A DNA stretch of 64,000 nucleotides, taken from assembly GCA_963663165.1 (NCBI GenBank), contig OY760175.1, positions 2,176,001-2,240,000 on the forward strand, in the 5' to 3' direction. Position numbers and translations under genes: made by a program. The notes below the pieces were generated by a model. That model ran no database searches, was not told the origin of the DNA, and was given only the letters and a program-made list of their open reading frames with translations. Numbering within the stretch: the stretch's first letter is position 1; each line of letters begins with the position of its first letter. This document shows positions 52,549 through 62,843 of the stretch, in pieces. The DNA is from an uncultured Desulfospira sp. (GTDB lineage Bacteria; Desulfobacterota; Desulfobacteria; Desulfobacterales; Desulfobacteraceae).

Positions 52549-53097
52549 ATGAGCGATTTTTTAAGAAACCTTAGAAGCACTCAAAAAAAGGACCCCACCC
52601 ACCAGCGAAAACCCCTGGACGGTCACTATTTCCCCCAAAACGACAGGCGGCTGATAAAAGACCGCAGGACAACTTACTCCCCCCAGGACATGAACAGGCT
52701 TCCTGAAAAGGTTGGCGAAATGTTACCGGAGATACTCGAACATATTGCCAACCTGACCGAACAGGTCGAAAAGCAAACCAGCATTAATGAAGACGTTTCC
52801 GAATCCACCATCCGGCGAAACAACGCCATTGCCGACTTTTTTGAAATAGCGAACCAGCTGATGTCAAACGACCTGATTCCATCTGCGGCGAACATGGCCC
52901 ACCGGCCCATGGCCACAACCAGTTACGCATCCGGAACCCATTATACCAAGGACGATATTCTGGACATGATCCAGAGCATGCGAAATCAGGGAAGCACCTT
53001 TGCCATTATCGCAGATTATTTGAAAGAAAAGGGGATCCCCACCTTTTCAGGCAGGGGAGAATGGCATGCCCAGACCATCCACAGGTTGTGTAAATAA
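52549..53097 (+). CDS. Hypothetical protein with coiled coil and C-terminal recombinase-type HTH
   Basis: AGGAGG RBS; C-terminus [37 protein letters not shown]. Confidence 0.75.
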   Translation: MSDFLRNLRSTQKKDPTHQRKPLDGHYFPQNDRRLIKDRRTTYSPQDMNRLPEKVGEMLPEILEHIANLTEQVEKQTSINEDVSESTIRRNNAIADFFEIANQLMSNDLIPSAANMAHRPMATTSYASGTHYTKDDILDMIQSMRNQGSTFAIIADYLKEKGIPTFSGRGEWHAQTIHRLCK

Positions 53098-53171
53098 CGA
53101 TTTTTTGTTCTGCAAGGCCCTTTAAAGACCGGCCGCTTCGTCAGGTTAGGAAAGGGAATGGCATCATGAGC

Positions 53172-53801
53172 CTACTTTGTTTTCATTCCCTGAATCATAA
53201 TTTTAAATGCCGTTGTGAGGGTGGACTTCACAAAATCTTTCTGATCATTGAGCAGCCGTTTGGAATCCACCCATAACACAACCCCGGAATATGTTGCCCA
53301 TATCACATCAGCCAATGCCACGGGATGGCCTTCCATAAAGATTCCTGAGTTAATTCCTTCTTTGACAACACCAATAATCGCCCCATGGGCTTCATAAGAA
53401 TACTTTTTAAGCCTTTCCAGAAGTTCATCTGACAGGTGGTGAAGGGTTTCTCCGGATTGAAGGTGAAACAGGTTGATCAGAATCTGGGGATCATTTTCAT
53501 AAATATCAATGAAAATGTCACGGAAAGACTCAAGTTTTTCCTCTACAGAAATCTTTTTTTTCATCACCCGGTTAATCCGGGAGGACAAAAACTTGAGAAT
53601 ATTAATGGACAAGGAGGTATGAAGTTCTTCCTTATTCTTAAAATAAAGGTACAGGGTGCCGGGGCTCAGTTCGGCTTGAGTGGCAATTTCCTCCATGGTT
53701 GTGCTGTTAAACCCCTTTACAGAAAAAACACTGCGCGCTGCATTCAGAATCTCCTGGCGTCTTTGAGCTTTCTCCCTTTGTTTACGTTCATAAATTCCCA
53801 T
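53172..53801 (-). CDS. TetR/AcrR-family transcriptional regulator
   Basis: ILNAA..F..KGF..TTMEEIA..AELSPGTLYLYFKNKEEL. Confidence 0.93.
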   Translation of the reverse strand: MGIYERKQREKAQRRQEILNAARSVFSVKGFNSTTMEEIATQAELSPGTLYLYFKNKEELHTSLSINILKFLSSRINRVMKKKISVEEKLESFRDIFIDIYENDPQILINLFHLQSGETLHHLSDELLERLKKYSYEAHGAIIGVVKEGINSGIFMEGHPVALADVIWATYSGVVLWVDSKRLLNDQKDFVKSTLTTAFKIMIQGMKTK

Positions 53802-54008
53802 AGCAGCCTCTTTATTTTGTGAACCTCATTCATAAACTAATAAACAAGTTGAAAATACAGAATTACAGGAAAAACTGCAAGGCTAAAATAAGTACCAGTC
53901 CTGCTTTTGACGTTCCCCATTCTCTTTTTTACGCTTTTATATTCACACAATGACATTTTTAGTATAATGTTTCAATATTAAACAATACCCAAACGGAGAC
54001 ATAAATAT

Positions 54009-55919
54009 ATGCCGAAAACTACCTACTGGGCAGATTCTTATGTTAACAAACAGACCACCGCTCAGGAAGCCCTCAAGCATATCCGGCCCGGCCAGCGTGT
54101 ATTTATCGGGTCTTCATGCGGAGAGCCCCAGCACCTGGTCGACGAACTGTCCAAAGTATCCGACCGCTTCACGGACCTTGAAATCGTCAGGCTGTTCAGT
54201 GTTGAAAGCGGCCCCTTAACGGCCATTGCGAACCGGTCCCATTCCCAGCAGTTCAACATCCGCTCTTTTTATCTGGGATCAGCCTCTCCCAAACGGTTAA
54301 AACGAAACCAGCGGTTCATCACCCCGGCCAACCTGTCCCAGATCCCCCAGCTGTTTCACTCCAGGCTCATGCCGTTGAACGCCGCCCTGATACAGGTGTC
54401 CCCCCCCGATGACTTTGGCTGGATGAGCCTGGGCGTGTCCGTTGACATCAACATGGCCGCCTGCGAGTCTGCCGACCTGGTGATCTGCCAGGTGAACCCC
54501 AAAATGCCCCGGGTCCTGGGCAGAAGTTTTATCCATGTCAATGATGTCAATTTTGTTGTCGAATACGAAGAAGAGCTTCTTACCATTGAACCCCTCCCTG
54601 AAGCTGAAGAGGCCAACACCATCGGCAAATCCATTTCAAGGCTCATTGACGATGGGTCAACGGTCCAGACCAGCCTGAGCGTGACCCATGAAGCCACCAT
54701 GCTCTGCCTTTCGGAAAAAAATGATATCGGAATCCACTCCCAGTACCTGACCGACACCATGATGCACCTGCATTCCATGGGGGTGATCACCAACAAGAAA
54801 AAAGGATTCAACAACGGCAAGCTTGTGGCGGGCAGTGCCGTGGGAAGCCGCCTGCTTTACGAACTCATTGACGACAACCCCTCCATTGAGTTCCACCCGT
54901 CAGACTACATCAACAACCCGGCCGTCATTGCCCGGCATAGTTCCATGGTTTCGCTGAACACGGCCATGGCCATCGACCTGACCGGCCAGGTCGCGGCCGA
55001 CACCCTGCCCTTTAGCAATTACACCGGTATCAACGGTCTTTTGGACTTCATCAGGGGATCTGCCATGTCCCAAAACGGGAAATCCATCCTCATGCTGACC
55101 GCCACCACAGACCAGGGCACCCAAAGCCGGATCATCCCCCAGCTTTCCGATTTTGCCGTGGTCGTGCCCCGGGGCGACGTCCAGTTTGTGGCCACGGAAT
55201 TCGGCGTTGTCAACCTGTTTGGAAAATCCCTCCAGGAAAGGGCCATGGCCTTAATCTCCATTGCCCACCCCGATTTCAGGGATGAATTGTTCTCAAAAGC
55301 CAAGGAGCTCAACCTGATTGACGTGGACCGCAAGTTCAAACAGGCCATTAAAGGTGTCTATCCCTTAAAATACGAGGAAACCATTGTCATCAAGGGGATT
55401 CCCATCACCTTCAGGCCGGCCAAACCCGTGGACGAGCGGGGGGTACAGGAGCATTACTATACCATGAACCGGGGGGATATCATCTCCCGTTTCTTTCATG
55501 AAAAGAAAAGCTTTGTCCATGACCAGATCGAAACCACCTATGAAATCGACTACATCAACGATTTGACCATTGTGGCCACCATTGGTGAACTCGGGTTTGA
55601 AAAAATTATTGCCGTGGGCGAATATTTCCGGAACACCATTATTAATATGGCGGAAGTCGCCTTTTCCGTTTCCAAAGAATACCAGGGATTCGGCATTGCC
55701 CATATCCTGCAAAAGAAACTGACCCAGGCCGCCCTGGACAACGGCATCAAAGGGCTCATCGCCTACACCTCCCCCCAGAACAAAGGCATGATCCGGTTAT
55801 TCCACAAGCTGCCCTACGTCATCAAACAGGAAAAAGATGAAGACATGCTCATCCTCAACTGCGTGTTCAGCGAACCCCGGGACCCGTCCCAAGAAAAAGA
55901 AAAGCCAAAAGGATCTTAA
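54009..55919 (+). CDS. Acetyl-CoA hydrolase/transferase-like domain fused to C-terminal GNAT acetyltransferase
   Basis: QVSPPDDFGWMSLGVSVD, IDLTGQV, VATEFGVVNLFGKS..ERA..LISIAHPDFRDEL; GNAT AEVAFSV..YQGFGIA..N.GMI.LF. Confidence 0.88.
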   Translation: MPKTTYWADSYVNKQTTAQEALKHIRPGQRVFIGSSCGEPQHLVDELSKVSDRFTDLEIVRLFSVESGPLTAIANRSHSQQFNIRSFYLGSASPKRLKRNQRFITPANLSQIPQLFHSRLMPLNAALIQVSPPDDFGWMSLGVSVDINMAACESADLVICQVNPKMPRVLGRSFIHVNDVNFVVEYEEELLTIEPLPEAEEANTIGKSISRLIDDGSTVQTSLSVTHEATMLCLSEKNDIGIHSQYLTDTMMHLHSMGVITNKKKGFNNGKLVAGSAVGSRLLYELIDDNPSIEFHPSDYINNPAVIARHSSMVSLNTAMAIDLTGQVAADTLPFSNYTGINGLLDFIRGSAMSQNGKSILMLTATTDQGTQSRIIPQLSDFAVVVPRGDVQFVATEFGVVNLFGKSLQERAMALISIAHPDFRDELFSKAKELNLIDVDRKFKQAIKGVYPLKYEETIVIKGIPITFRPAKPVDERGVQEHYYTMNRGDIISRFFHEKKSFVHDQIETTYEIDYINDLTIVATIGELGFEKIIAVGEYFRNTIINMAEVAFSVSKEYQGFGIAHILQKKLTQAALDNGIKGLIAYTSPQNKGMIRLFHKLPYVIKQEKDEDMLILNCVFSEPRDPSQEKEKPKGS

Positions 55920-55962
55920 GCCGGACGATGATGAGGGGCTTAGTCCCTTAGTCCCTCATCCT

Positions 55963-57360
55963 TCATCCCTCATCCTTCTCCCTAAGCAGTGCCACAGACT
56001 CAATATGAGGGGTATGGGGAAACATATCAACGGGCTGGACCTCAACCACCTCATAGGCCGGGGACAGCAGTTCCAGATCCCGGGCCAGGGTGGCCGGGTT
56101 ACAGGATACATAGACGATTTTTTCAGGATGAACCGCCAGCACCTGTGCCGTCACGTCCTTGTGCATGCCGATCCTGGGGGGATCAATAATCATGACATCA
56201 GGCCGCTGCTTTAAACCTGGCAGAATATCCCGGACATCCCCTTCAAGAAACTCGCAGTTTTCAATCCCGTTCAAGGCCGCATTTTTTTTGGCATCGGCCA
56301 CGGCGCTTTGAACGATTTCAATGCCCACCACCAGCCTTGCTTTGGCAGACAGATAGATGGGAATGGTCCCGGTGCCTGAATACAGGTCGATGACCTGCTC
56401 TGACCCGGTCAGGCCGGCATAGTCCGCCACTTTGCCGTAAAGGGTCTCACAGGCCCGGGTGTTGGTCTGAAAAAAGGAATTGGCTGAAATCCTGAATTCA
56501 TACCCGTTTAATTTTTCCCGGATATGGTCTTCGCCATAAAGGACGATTTCTTCCTTTCCCACGGATACCCCGGATTTTGAATCGGTGATATTGTTGACCA
56601 CACTGGCAATATCAGGAAAGGCCATAGAGAGGGCTGTGGCCAGTTCCCGGACAATGGGCAGATGCTTGTCCCGGGTCACCACATTGACCATCCACTGGTC
56701 AAAGGCAACCGAATGGCGAAGCATGACAAACCGCCAGAACCCTTCGTGGGACCGCAGATGGTAGGCCGGAAGCCCCGAGTCTCTGATAAACGCCCTCACA
56801 AACCCCAGGATCTCATTGCCCTTTTCCGGCATGATGGCGCACTGGTCAATATCAATGACCCGGTCAAAGGTCCCGGGCACATGAAGGCCGATGCCCAGGT
56901 CTTTTGCAACGGTGTCATCCTCTAATTCATGGGGCATGAGCCACCGGCTCTGGGTGCAGGAAAACTCCATCTTGTTCCGGTATCCAAATATGGGATCCGA
57001 TCCCAGCACCGCCAGCACCGTTACATCTTTAAGGCCGCCAATATGGGCCAGGGACTCCTTGACATGCCTTTTTTTATATTCAAGCTGCCGGTCATAGGAA
57101 AGGGTCTGCCACTTGCACCCCCCGCAAAACTGGTGATAAGCGCACTTCCCCTCCTGACGCATGAAGGAAGGTTCTAAAATATTGATCAATCTGGCCTCTG
57201 CCCAGGACTTCTTTTTTTTAATCACCTTTGCAAACACCCGGTCCCCGGGCAGGGTCCGGTCAACAAATACGGGAAACCCGTCGGGTTTGGCAATGCCTTT
57301 GCCCCCAAAGGCAAGGTCGCTTATATCCAGTTCATAGGTTTTTCTTTTTTTTATTGCCAT
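55963..57360 (-). CDS. rlmD: 23S rRNA m5U1939 methyltransferase RlmD/TrmA family
   Basis: TRAM domain, C..CGGC, YRNKMEF, SFFQTN, DLYSGTGTI, DPPR, YVSCNPATLARD, DMFPHTPHIE. Confidence 0.92.
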   Translation of the reverse strand: MAIKKRKTYELDISDLAFGGKGIAKPDGFPVFVDRTLPGDRVFAKVIKKKKSWAEARLINILEPSFMRQEGKCAYHQFCGGCKWQTLSYDRQLEYKKRHVKESLAHIGGLKDVTVLAVLGSDPIFGYRNKMEFSCTQSRWLMPHELEDDTVAKDLGIGLHVPGTFDRVIDIDQCAIMPEKGNEILGFVRAFIRDSGLPAYHLRSHEGFWRFVMLRHSVAFDQWMVNVVTRDKHLPIVRELATALSMAFPDIASVVNNITDSKSGVSVGKEEIVLYGEDHIREKLNGYEFRISANSFFQTNTRACETLYGKVADYAGLTGSEQVIDLYSGTGTIPIYLSAKARLVVGIEIVQSAVADAKKNAALNGIENCEFLEGDVRDILPGLKQRPDVMIIDPPRIGMHKDVTAQVLAVHPEKIVYVSCNPATLARDLELLSPAYEVVEVQPVDMFPHTPHIESVALLREKDEG

Positions 57361-57419
57361 TCTTTTGGTATCTTTTATAATTATCAGCAGTTTTGGTTGA
57401 TTATTCCAAATTCAACCCA

Positions 57420-58226
57420 ATGAATCAACACAAAGAACTGGATATCATATTGAACCTGCCCCATAAAAACAAGCATGAAATATCAACACGGGACGTTGAG
57501 TTTGTCTGCGACGGCCTTTGCCTTAAGGGATGCCTTCATCTTCCCGGCACGCCGAACCCGCCGCTGGTAATGGGTTCCCACGGCCTTGAAGGCAGTATGG
57601 ATTCATCCAAACAGCTGGTGCTTTCAAAACTTCTTCCCCAAAACGGGATTGCTTTTTTCCGGTTTGACCACCGGGGATGCGGCCGCAGCCAGGGCAATTT
57701 TATAGATGACACCTCCCTTGAAAAAAGAACCCGGGATTTTACGGCGGCAGTGGATCATATTTTAAACTTAAAGCTCACCTCAGACAACTTAGGCCTTTTC
57801 GGTTCCAGCATGGGCGGGGCCACCGGCATCAATGCCTGGGAACATATTCAAACCAGGGGATTAAATCTTTGCGGCGGTGTTTTCTGCTCAGCCCCTATAA
57901 AAAGCCGGACCATTGAAAACATCCCGGTTGAGGCCAACCAGAACCGGCCGGCCCTGCCCCTGAGTTTTTTTAAGGAAAACCTGCTGTTTGACCTTACCCC
58001 GAAAATCCATAATCTTAATCATGTTCTGATTTTCCACGGGGATGCCGACGAGGTGGTCCCGGTGTCCAATGCCCAACTCCTCCACGACCAGGCCCAATCC
58101 CCCAAAAAACTGATCATCCACAAAAACGGGGACCATCAGATGACCAATAAAACCGACCAGCAGGAATTTGAAAAAGAAACCCTGGCCTGGTTTTTATCCA
58201 TTTTCAGCCCTGTGCCCCAAACTTAA
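57420..58226 (+). CDS. Alpha/beta hydrolase
   Basis: SHG, RFDHRGCGRS, GSSMGG nucleophile elbow, HGDADEVV, GDH; start uncertain (57393 or 57420). Confidence 0.88.
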   Translation: MNQHKELDIILNLPHKNKHEISTRDVEFVCDGLCLKGCLHLPGTPNPPLVMGSHGLEGSMDSSKQLVLSKLLPQNGIAFFRFDHRGCGRSQGNFIDDTSLEKRTRDFTAAVDHILNLKLTSDNLGLFGSSMGGATGINAWEHIQTRGLNLCGGVFCSAPIKSRTIENIPVEANQNRPALPLSFFKENLLFDLTPKIHNLNHVLIFHGDADEVVPVSNAQLLHDQAQSPKKLIIHKNGDHQMTNKTDQQEFEKETLAWFLSIFSPVPQT

Positions 58227-58462
58227 AGCTTCCTGACAATCCGCCCAGCCACAGGGATTCAACCCTTCTATCCAATCAAAAAGAGTCCTGATGTTTTGAA
58301 ATCGGATATCAATTGTAAATCCGTTATTAGGAGGGCCGGTAAAATTATCCATCCAGCATCTTGATTTTATCGAATATAGACGATAACTTGACAGGAATGT
58401 CCCGGTTCATGCCTGTAGCAAGACGCCATGAAGCGGTTTGGCGGTCTTTTAAAAAAAAATTG

Positions 58463-58614
58463 GTAACTGTTCAGCAGTGCCCCATCTTCGCTCATTCAGG
58501 CCTTCTCACATAGCAACAGTATGCTACGAAGGCCTGACTAAACAAATATGAAGCGCTGATGAACAGTTACGGACCCTTGTTTTGCTTAGTTTTCAGCATT
58601 AGCTGAATAGTTAC
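58463..58614 (+). mobile_element. MITE family A, copy 3 (152 bp)
   Basis: Same element as 22058 and 35061; flanked by 8-bp direct repeat AAAAATTG (58455-62, 58615-22). Confidence 0.85.
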
Positions 58615-58641
58615 AAAAATTGTAACTATTCATTCTGGCTA

Positions 58642-60690
58642 TTGGATCAAGAGAATACTGACATGGAAAAAACCATATCATTGCTTCCATTCCTGGAATC
58701 GGAAGCCCCGAGAATTTCACTTGGCTTTTTGGCAGATAAAGAGGAAACGGGCTTTGAACATTCGTTTCCGTTTCTTATGCCGGGCAAGGATAAGCCCTTC
58801 ACACGCCTGGTCAAGGCAGACCTGAAATTTAACGGTTCCGCCACAAGCCACTCATTTTTTGTGCTTGTCCAAAAGGACACTTACCCTTCGGACAGCGCTA
58901 ATTTGAATCCGGCCACCAATGCATCATTAGACAATACGTGGCGTGATACCATCCAATTTTATGCCAAAAGCCAGGGAATATTTCCTGTTGTTGATCGGCA
59001 AACCCTTGAACCGGCCCAGCTGAGCCCTTTATTTTACTGTAAAAAGCGATCGCAGTTTTTCCATCCGCCATGCCCTGCCTGCGGACAGCCGTTAAGCCTT
59101 TGCAAAGACGAAAAAATTTTAGAAGACGCATCCCTGCCGTCCTACCAGGCATCCCTCAATCGTTATCTGTTTTGCAGGACCTGCCATCAATCCGGGCGGG
59201 AAAAGGTTTTTTATGCCTATGGCCGGGATTCCCTTGACCCTTTCTTTGTCCATGACCGGTTTGATCTGATCCGGCATTTTGGCCAGATGGACCCATCACA
59301 GGCCCGGGACCTGCCATGTGCCGGATGCCCGGAACATGGGGCCTGTTACACAGACGGCCATAAAGCCGATGTCCGGCTTGTCCCGTTCTCCTTTTATCCG
59401 TTTTACATGCTGGTGTTCAAGGCATCCCAAATCAATGGGATTGATTTTCTGTCCATGCTTTCAGGAGCCCCGGTGCCCCCCCTGGTGCCGGAAACCGGTT
59501 CCAAAGCCCGGGAAACAGAGCCGGCCCGCTATCTGTTTAAAGATGATCCTTGTTTCTGGCTCGAACTTCTGGTTTTAAAATACGCGTTTCTTGAAAAAAT
59601 CCTGTCCACATTGAAGCGCCGAAAGATTGAAGGCATGTCCTCCAATGTTTACCTGAATGTGGACAGCATCTGGGTCTCCCCCCGGTCCGAAGCCGGCATG
59701 ATGCCTTTTTTCTGGGATTATGAGCTTGAGATTCTGGACCTGGTCACAGGGAATCCCGCTGATATGTTTCAGGCCTCCCTGGTGGGACATCAGCACATCA
59801 ATTTCATCGCACAGCTGTGGCTGTATACCTTTCTGGTCAACTCAACACAGTCAGCGGACAGCGTGTTTCAAGCGGCCGGTGAATTGATGCAGGCCCCGGG
59901 CCTTAAAGGATCCCCGCCGGATCTTGAAGCCCTATTAAAATCATATCCTGTGTTCAGGCCGGAAAATATATTCTGGGCACCTGAACCGGTTCCCATGGCC
60001 GAAACCTGGTCTGATTTCTGGTTTCAAAGCCTTGATTTTATGCGTTCTGTGCTGACCCAAACAGACACATCGGATTTTGGGCCGTTTTTAGACCAGTGCC
60101 TGGCCCATGCCCGGGACATGCTGCAAAAGACCAAATCCGACCTGTTCTCCAAAGGGGGCAGGACGGATTTACGTGATGCCGAACCGGTGGAACCGGTTGT
60201 TCCGGCACAGCGCCTTCCGGAAAATCCCCCTGAAAATCAAGCCGCATCAGACAAGAGCCGGCAGGCCGTTGCCGGTATATTAAAAGACCTTCGATCCAGA
60301 TGGGCCGAAGAATCGGCGGTTCAGGAACCATTAGAAGAGGATGTGGTGGAAACCATTGTTCTATCCTCCTCCGAGGACATTAAACCCGCCGCAGATTTTC
60401 ATGAAGCCCCCTCACAGGAAGTTTCCCCGTTGACGGAAGATCCGGTCCCTGAGGTAAGAGATCCGGAACCGGCAAGCGATTTTGAACAAATGGAAGACAC
60501 GGCGGCCTTTCACCATCCGGATCACGGCACTGCCCCGACCGGCGATTTTGAAGATATGCAGGAAACCGTGATTTTAGACGTTTCCCAGACCAGGCCTGAA
60601 CAGGCCAAGCCTGAACCGGAAAGCGATTTTGAAGATCTTGATGAAACCGTCATTATATCGCCTGATGCCTTAAAACCACCCCAAAAATAA
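58642..60690 (+). CDS. Hypothetical Cys-rich protein with possible degenerate kinase-like segment and acidic repeat tail
   Basis: 682-aa ORF; HPPCPAC, FCRTC, PCAGCPEHGAC; tail repeats EDVVETIVL, DFEDMQETVIL, DFEDLDETVII. Start may be ATG 58663. Confidence 0.8.
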   Translation: MDQENTDMEKTISLLPFLESEAPRISLGFLADKEETGFEHSFPFLMPGKDKPFTRLVKADLKFNGSATSHSFFVLVQKDTYPSDSANLNPATNASLDNTWRDTIQFYAKSQGIFPVVDRQTLEPAQLSPLFYCKKRSQFFHPPCPACGQPLSLCKDEKILEDASLPSYQASLNRYLFCRTCHQSGREKVFYAYGRDSLDPFFVHDRFDLIRHFGQMDPSQARDLPCAGCPEHGACYTDGHKADVRLVPFSFYPFYMLVFKASQINGIDFLSMLSGAPVPPLVPETGSKARETEPARYLFKDDPCFWLELLVLKYAFLEKILSTLKRRKIEGMSSNVYLNVDSIWVSPRSEAGMMPFFWDYELEILDLVTGNPADMFQASLVGHQHINFIAQLWLYTFLVNSTQSADSVFQAAGELMQAPGLKGSPPDLEALLKSYPVFRPENIFWAPEPVPMAETWSDFWFQSLDFMRSVLTQTDTSDFGPFLDQCLAHARDMLQKTKSDLFSKGGRTDLRDAEPVEPVVPAQRLPENPPENQAASDKSRQAVAGILKDLRSRWAEESAVQEPLEEDVVETIVLSSSEDIKPAADFHEAPSQEVSPLTEDPVPEVRDPEPASDFEQMEDTAAFHHPDHGTAPTGDFEDMQETVILDVSQTRPEQAKPEPESDFEDLDETVIISPDALKPPQK

Positions 60691-60708
60691 AGGGCCCCAT
60701 CTGTTATC

Positions 60709-61425
60709 ATGACCAGGTCAAATCCGTTATACCAGGACTTAAAAACCGAGCTTATCCATATTTACCAGACCAACGCCAATAGTGCCGGCGCAATTGAGGA
60801 CCGCATCAATTCTCTCCTGTCCGATACAGATCATGCCAGCCGGTTAAGCTTTCTGGATCAGTTGATTAATGAATTTGAGACAGAAGACTTTCCTGATGTA
60901 CAGGAAACAACCTGCCCACAGGGCCTTTTGATTCAGATGATTCAGCTGATGCTCGGACAATCCGTTACCGGGGCGGACATCAACGAAGGTCTTTTAGAAA
61001 ACCTGGGTAAATCCCTGGACACGGTTTTTGAAAGCTTAAGCCGCTTGACCGCCACCATGGGAACGGCCCTTTTGGAAGAACAGGATTCAGATCAGACCAT
61101 CCGCCCCAACAGCCCCAGGGAAAGCTTGCCCCTTGAACATTATATTTCCCGGATTGCCCAAGCCTTTGGTGAATCTGAAAAGGCCGCCAAAATGACCGCT
61201 CATGCCAAAATAAAAGAGATTCTTTACGAATTGTCCCCTGTAAGAATCCGGGAAAATAGTGATGTTTCCAAGCTGAGCCCTGTGAAAAAGTCAAAATATT
61301 TTGAAGCGTATGAACTCAAATATGAAGCGATATTAAAGTGGTTTGAGTCCGGCGGGTTTATGGAATCCTTTTTAAACGAATTTGAAGAAAAATGCAGTCG
61401 CTCCGGAAACCATACAGGGACATGA
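60709..61425 (+). CDS. Hypothetical helical protein resembling the C-terminal domain of T6SS TagH/Fha
   Basis: ILYELSP..I..KKSKYFEAYELKYEAI..WFESGGFMESFLNEFE; resemblance judged by eye. 18 bp after the preceding gene. Confidence 0.6.
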   Translation: MTRSNPLYQDLKTELIHIYQTNANSAGAIEDRINSLLSDTDHASRLSFLDQLINEFETEDFPDVQETTCPQGLLIQMIQLMLGQSVTGADINEGLLENLGKSLDTVFESLSRLTATMGTALLEEQDSDQTIRPNSPRESLPLEHYISRIAQAFGESEKAAKMTAHAKIKEILYELSPVRIRENSDVSKLSPVKKSKYFEAYELKYEAILKWFESGGFMESFLNEFEEKCSRSGNHTGT

Positions 61426-61480
61426 AAAAGCCCTTCATGCCCCTGTAAATTTTTGTCCGCCCCGAAGATGGTTGGACGTT

Positions 61481-62836
61481 TTATTGGGGACGGCTGTTCT
61501 GCCGAATGCTTTCGAGCCGCTCATAAAGGCTCTGGGCTTTGTTCAGATTGGATTGGACATCCTTATAATCCGGATCAATTTTTTCGACAAGTTCCCACTC
61601 GGTGATGGCCTGTTTGAGCTGCTCTTTTCCAAAATAATGGATCCCAAGGTTGTAGTGTTTCTCTTTATAGGTATCCTCACATTTCTGGATATAGATATTA
61701 CATTTGCTGCATGACGCATTGTATTCAAATGCTGAAGTAAAGCTTTGTTTTGCCTCAAGGTACTGTTCCGTCTTAAACTGGGACAGTCCCTGCTGAAAGT
61801 GCGACTCAAACAGGCTGCCGGTAATCGTCTCATCTCCTGCATTGGATGCCAGGGCCGTTTCAAAAAGCGGGATGGCTTTGGCGTATTCCTTTTGTTCAAA
61901 AAACGCCATGGCCTGGTCATAGGTGGTATCCTGTTGTGGTGTTTCCACTGCCGGAGGCGTGGGTTCTGGGGTCTCGGGAGCCGCCGTCCCGCCGGCAGAT
62001 GCCGCCTGATCCTCAACCAGGGTCTCGGCCTGATCCGCTAAACCGCCCGCTTCCCGGGCCGGCTCAGTTTCCCGGGCCGGAACTTCAGGAATATTTTCAG
62101 CTGCCTGGGCTGCATCGGATGGCAAAACCCCGGGCATTTTCGGTTCTGTTTCTTCCGGGGCGGTCTGTTCCTGGGCCGAAGCGCCTCCCTCGGCCTGCAA
62201 TTCTTTCGTATAAGTCTCGAACCGGTCCTGAAGATCTGTGATGGTCAGCCCGTTAATGGCCGGGATTTTAAGCTTGTCCCCGGCCCGGATCTTGGTGACA
62301 TCTTCCAGGCTGTTGAATTTACCGATGACCGGATAAAGATTTAAATCCCCATAGTAAAGCTTGCTCACCCTGGAAACGCTCTGGCCTTCTAAAATGGTAT
62401 GAACAATATACTGGTCGGAATCAAGCGAAACTCCGCCGGGGCTCAGCTTCTCTTTGGCCTCTGCAAGATCCGGCCAGTTTTGAAGGGCGCTTAAATACTC
62501 TTTTCTTGCCGAATCATATTTGCCCTGCTCATCAAAGGCCAGCCCCTTTTGATAATGGGCCTGGGCAATGCTGTAAAGTTTTTCCTCAACCTGTTTTTTG
62601 TGACTGGCCGCAGATGGATTATCCGGTGCTGCCGTTAAGGCTAAGGTGTACTGTTCCAGGGCGCTGGTCAGATTACCCTGACTTTCAAGGGCTTCCCCTT
62701 TTTGAATGTATACTTCCTCCGGGGAGGGCTGTTGGACTACGGTTTCAGGGGTCGGCTGCTGTTGTGTTGACTCAACGCAGCCTGCCATCAGACACACGGA
62801 CATTAACAGTGAAAAAACAATTCGGTAATGTTTCAT
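61481..62836 (-). CDS. TPR and LysM domain lipoprotein
   Basis: Lipobox MAGC; TPRs at both ends; LysM HTILEGQSVSRVSKLYYGD..IRAGDKLKIP. Confidence 0.85.
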   Translation of the reverse strand: MKHYRIVFSLLMSVCLMAGCVESTQQQPTPETVVQQPSPEEVYIQKGEALESQGNLTSALEQYTLALTAAPDNPSAASHKKQVEEKLYSIAQAHYQKGLAFDEQGKYDSARKEYLSALQNWPDLAEAKEKLSPGGVSLDSDQYIVHTILEGQSVSRVSKLYYGDLNLYPVIGKFNSLEDVTKIRAGDKLKIPAINGLTITDLQDRFETYTKELQAEGGASAQEQTAPEETEPKMPGVLPSDAAQAAENIPEVPARETEPAREAGGLADQAETLVEDQAASAGGTAAPETPEPTPPAVETPQQDTTYDQAMAFFEQKEYAKAIPLFETALASNAGDETITGSLFESHFQQGLSQFKTEQYLEAKQSFTSAFEYNASCSKCNIYIQKCEDTYKEKHYNLGIHYFGKEQLKQAITEWELVEKIDPDYKDVQSNLNKAQSLYERLESIRQNSRPQ

Positions 62837-62843
62837 AATCCCA

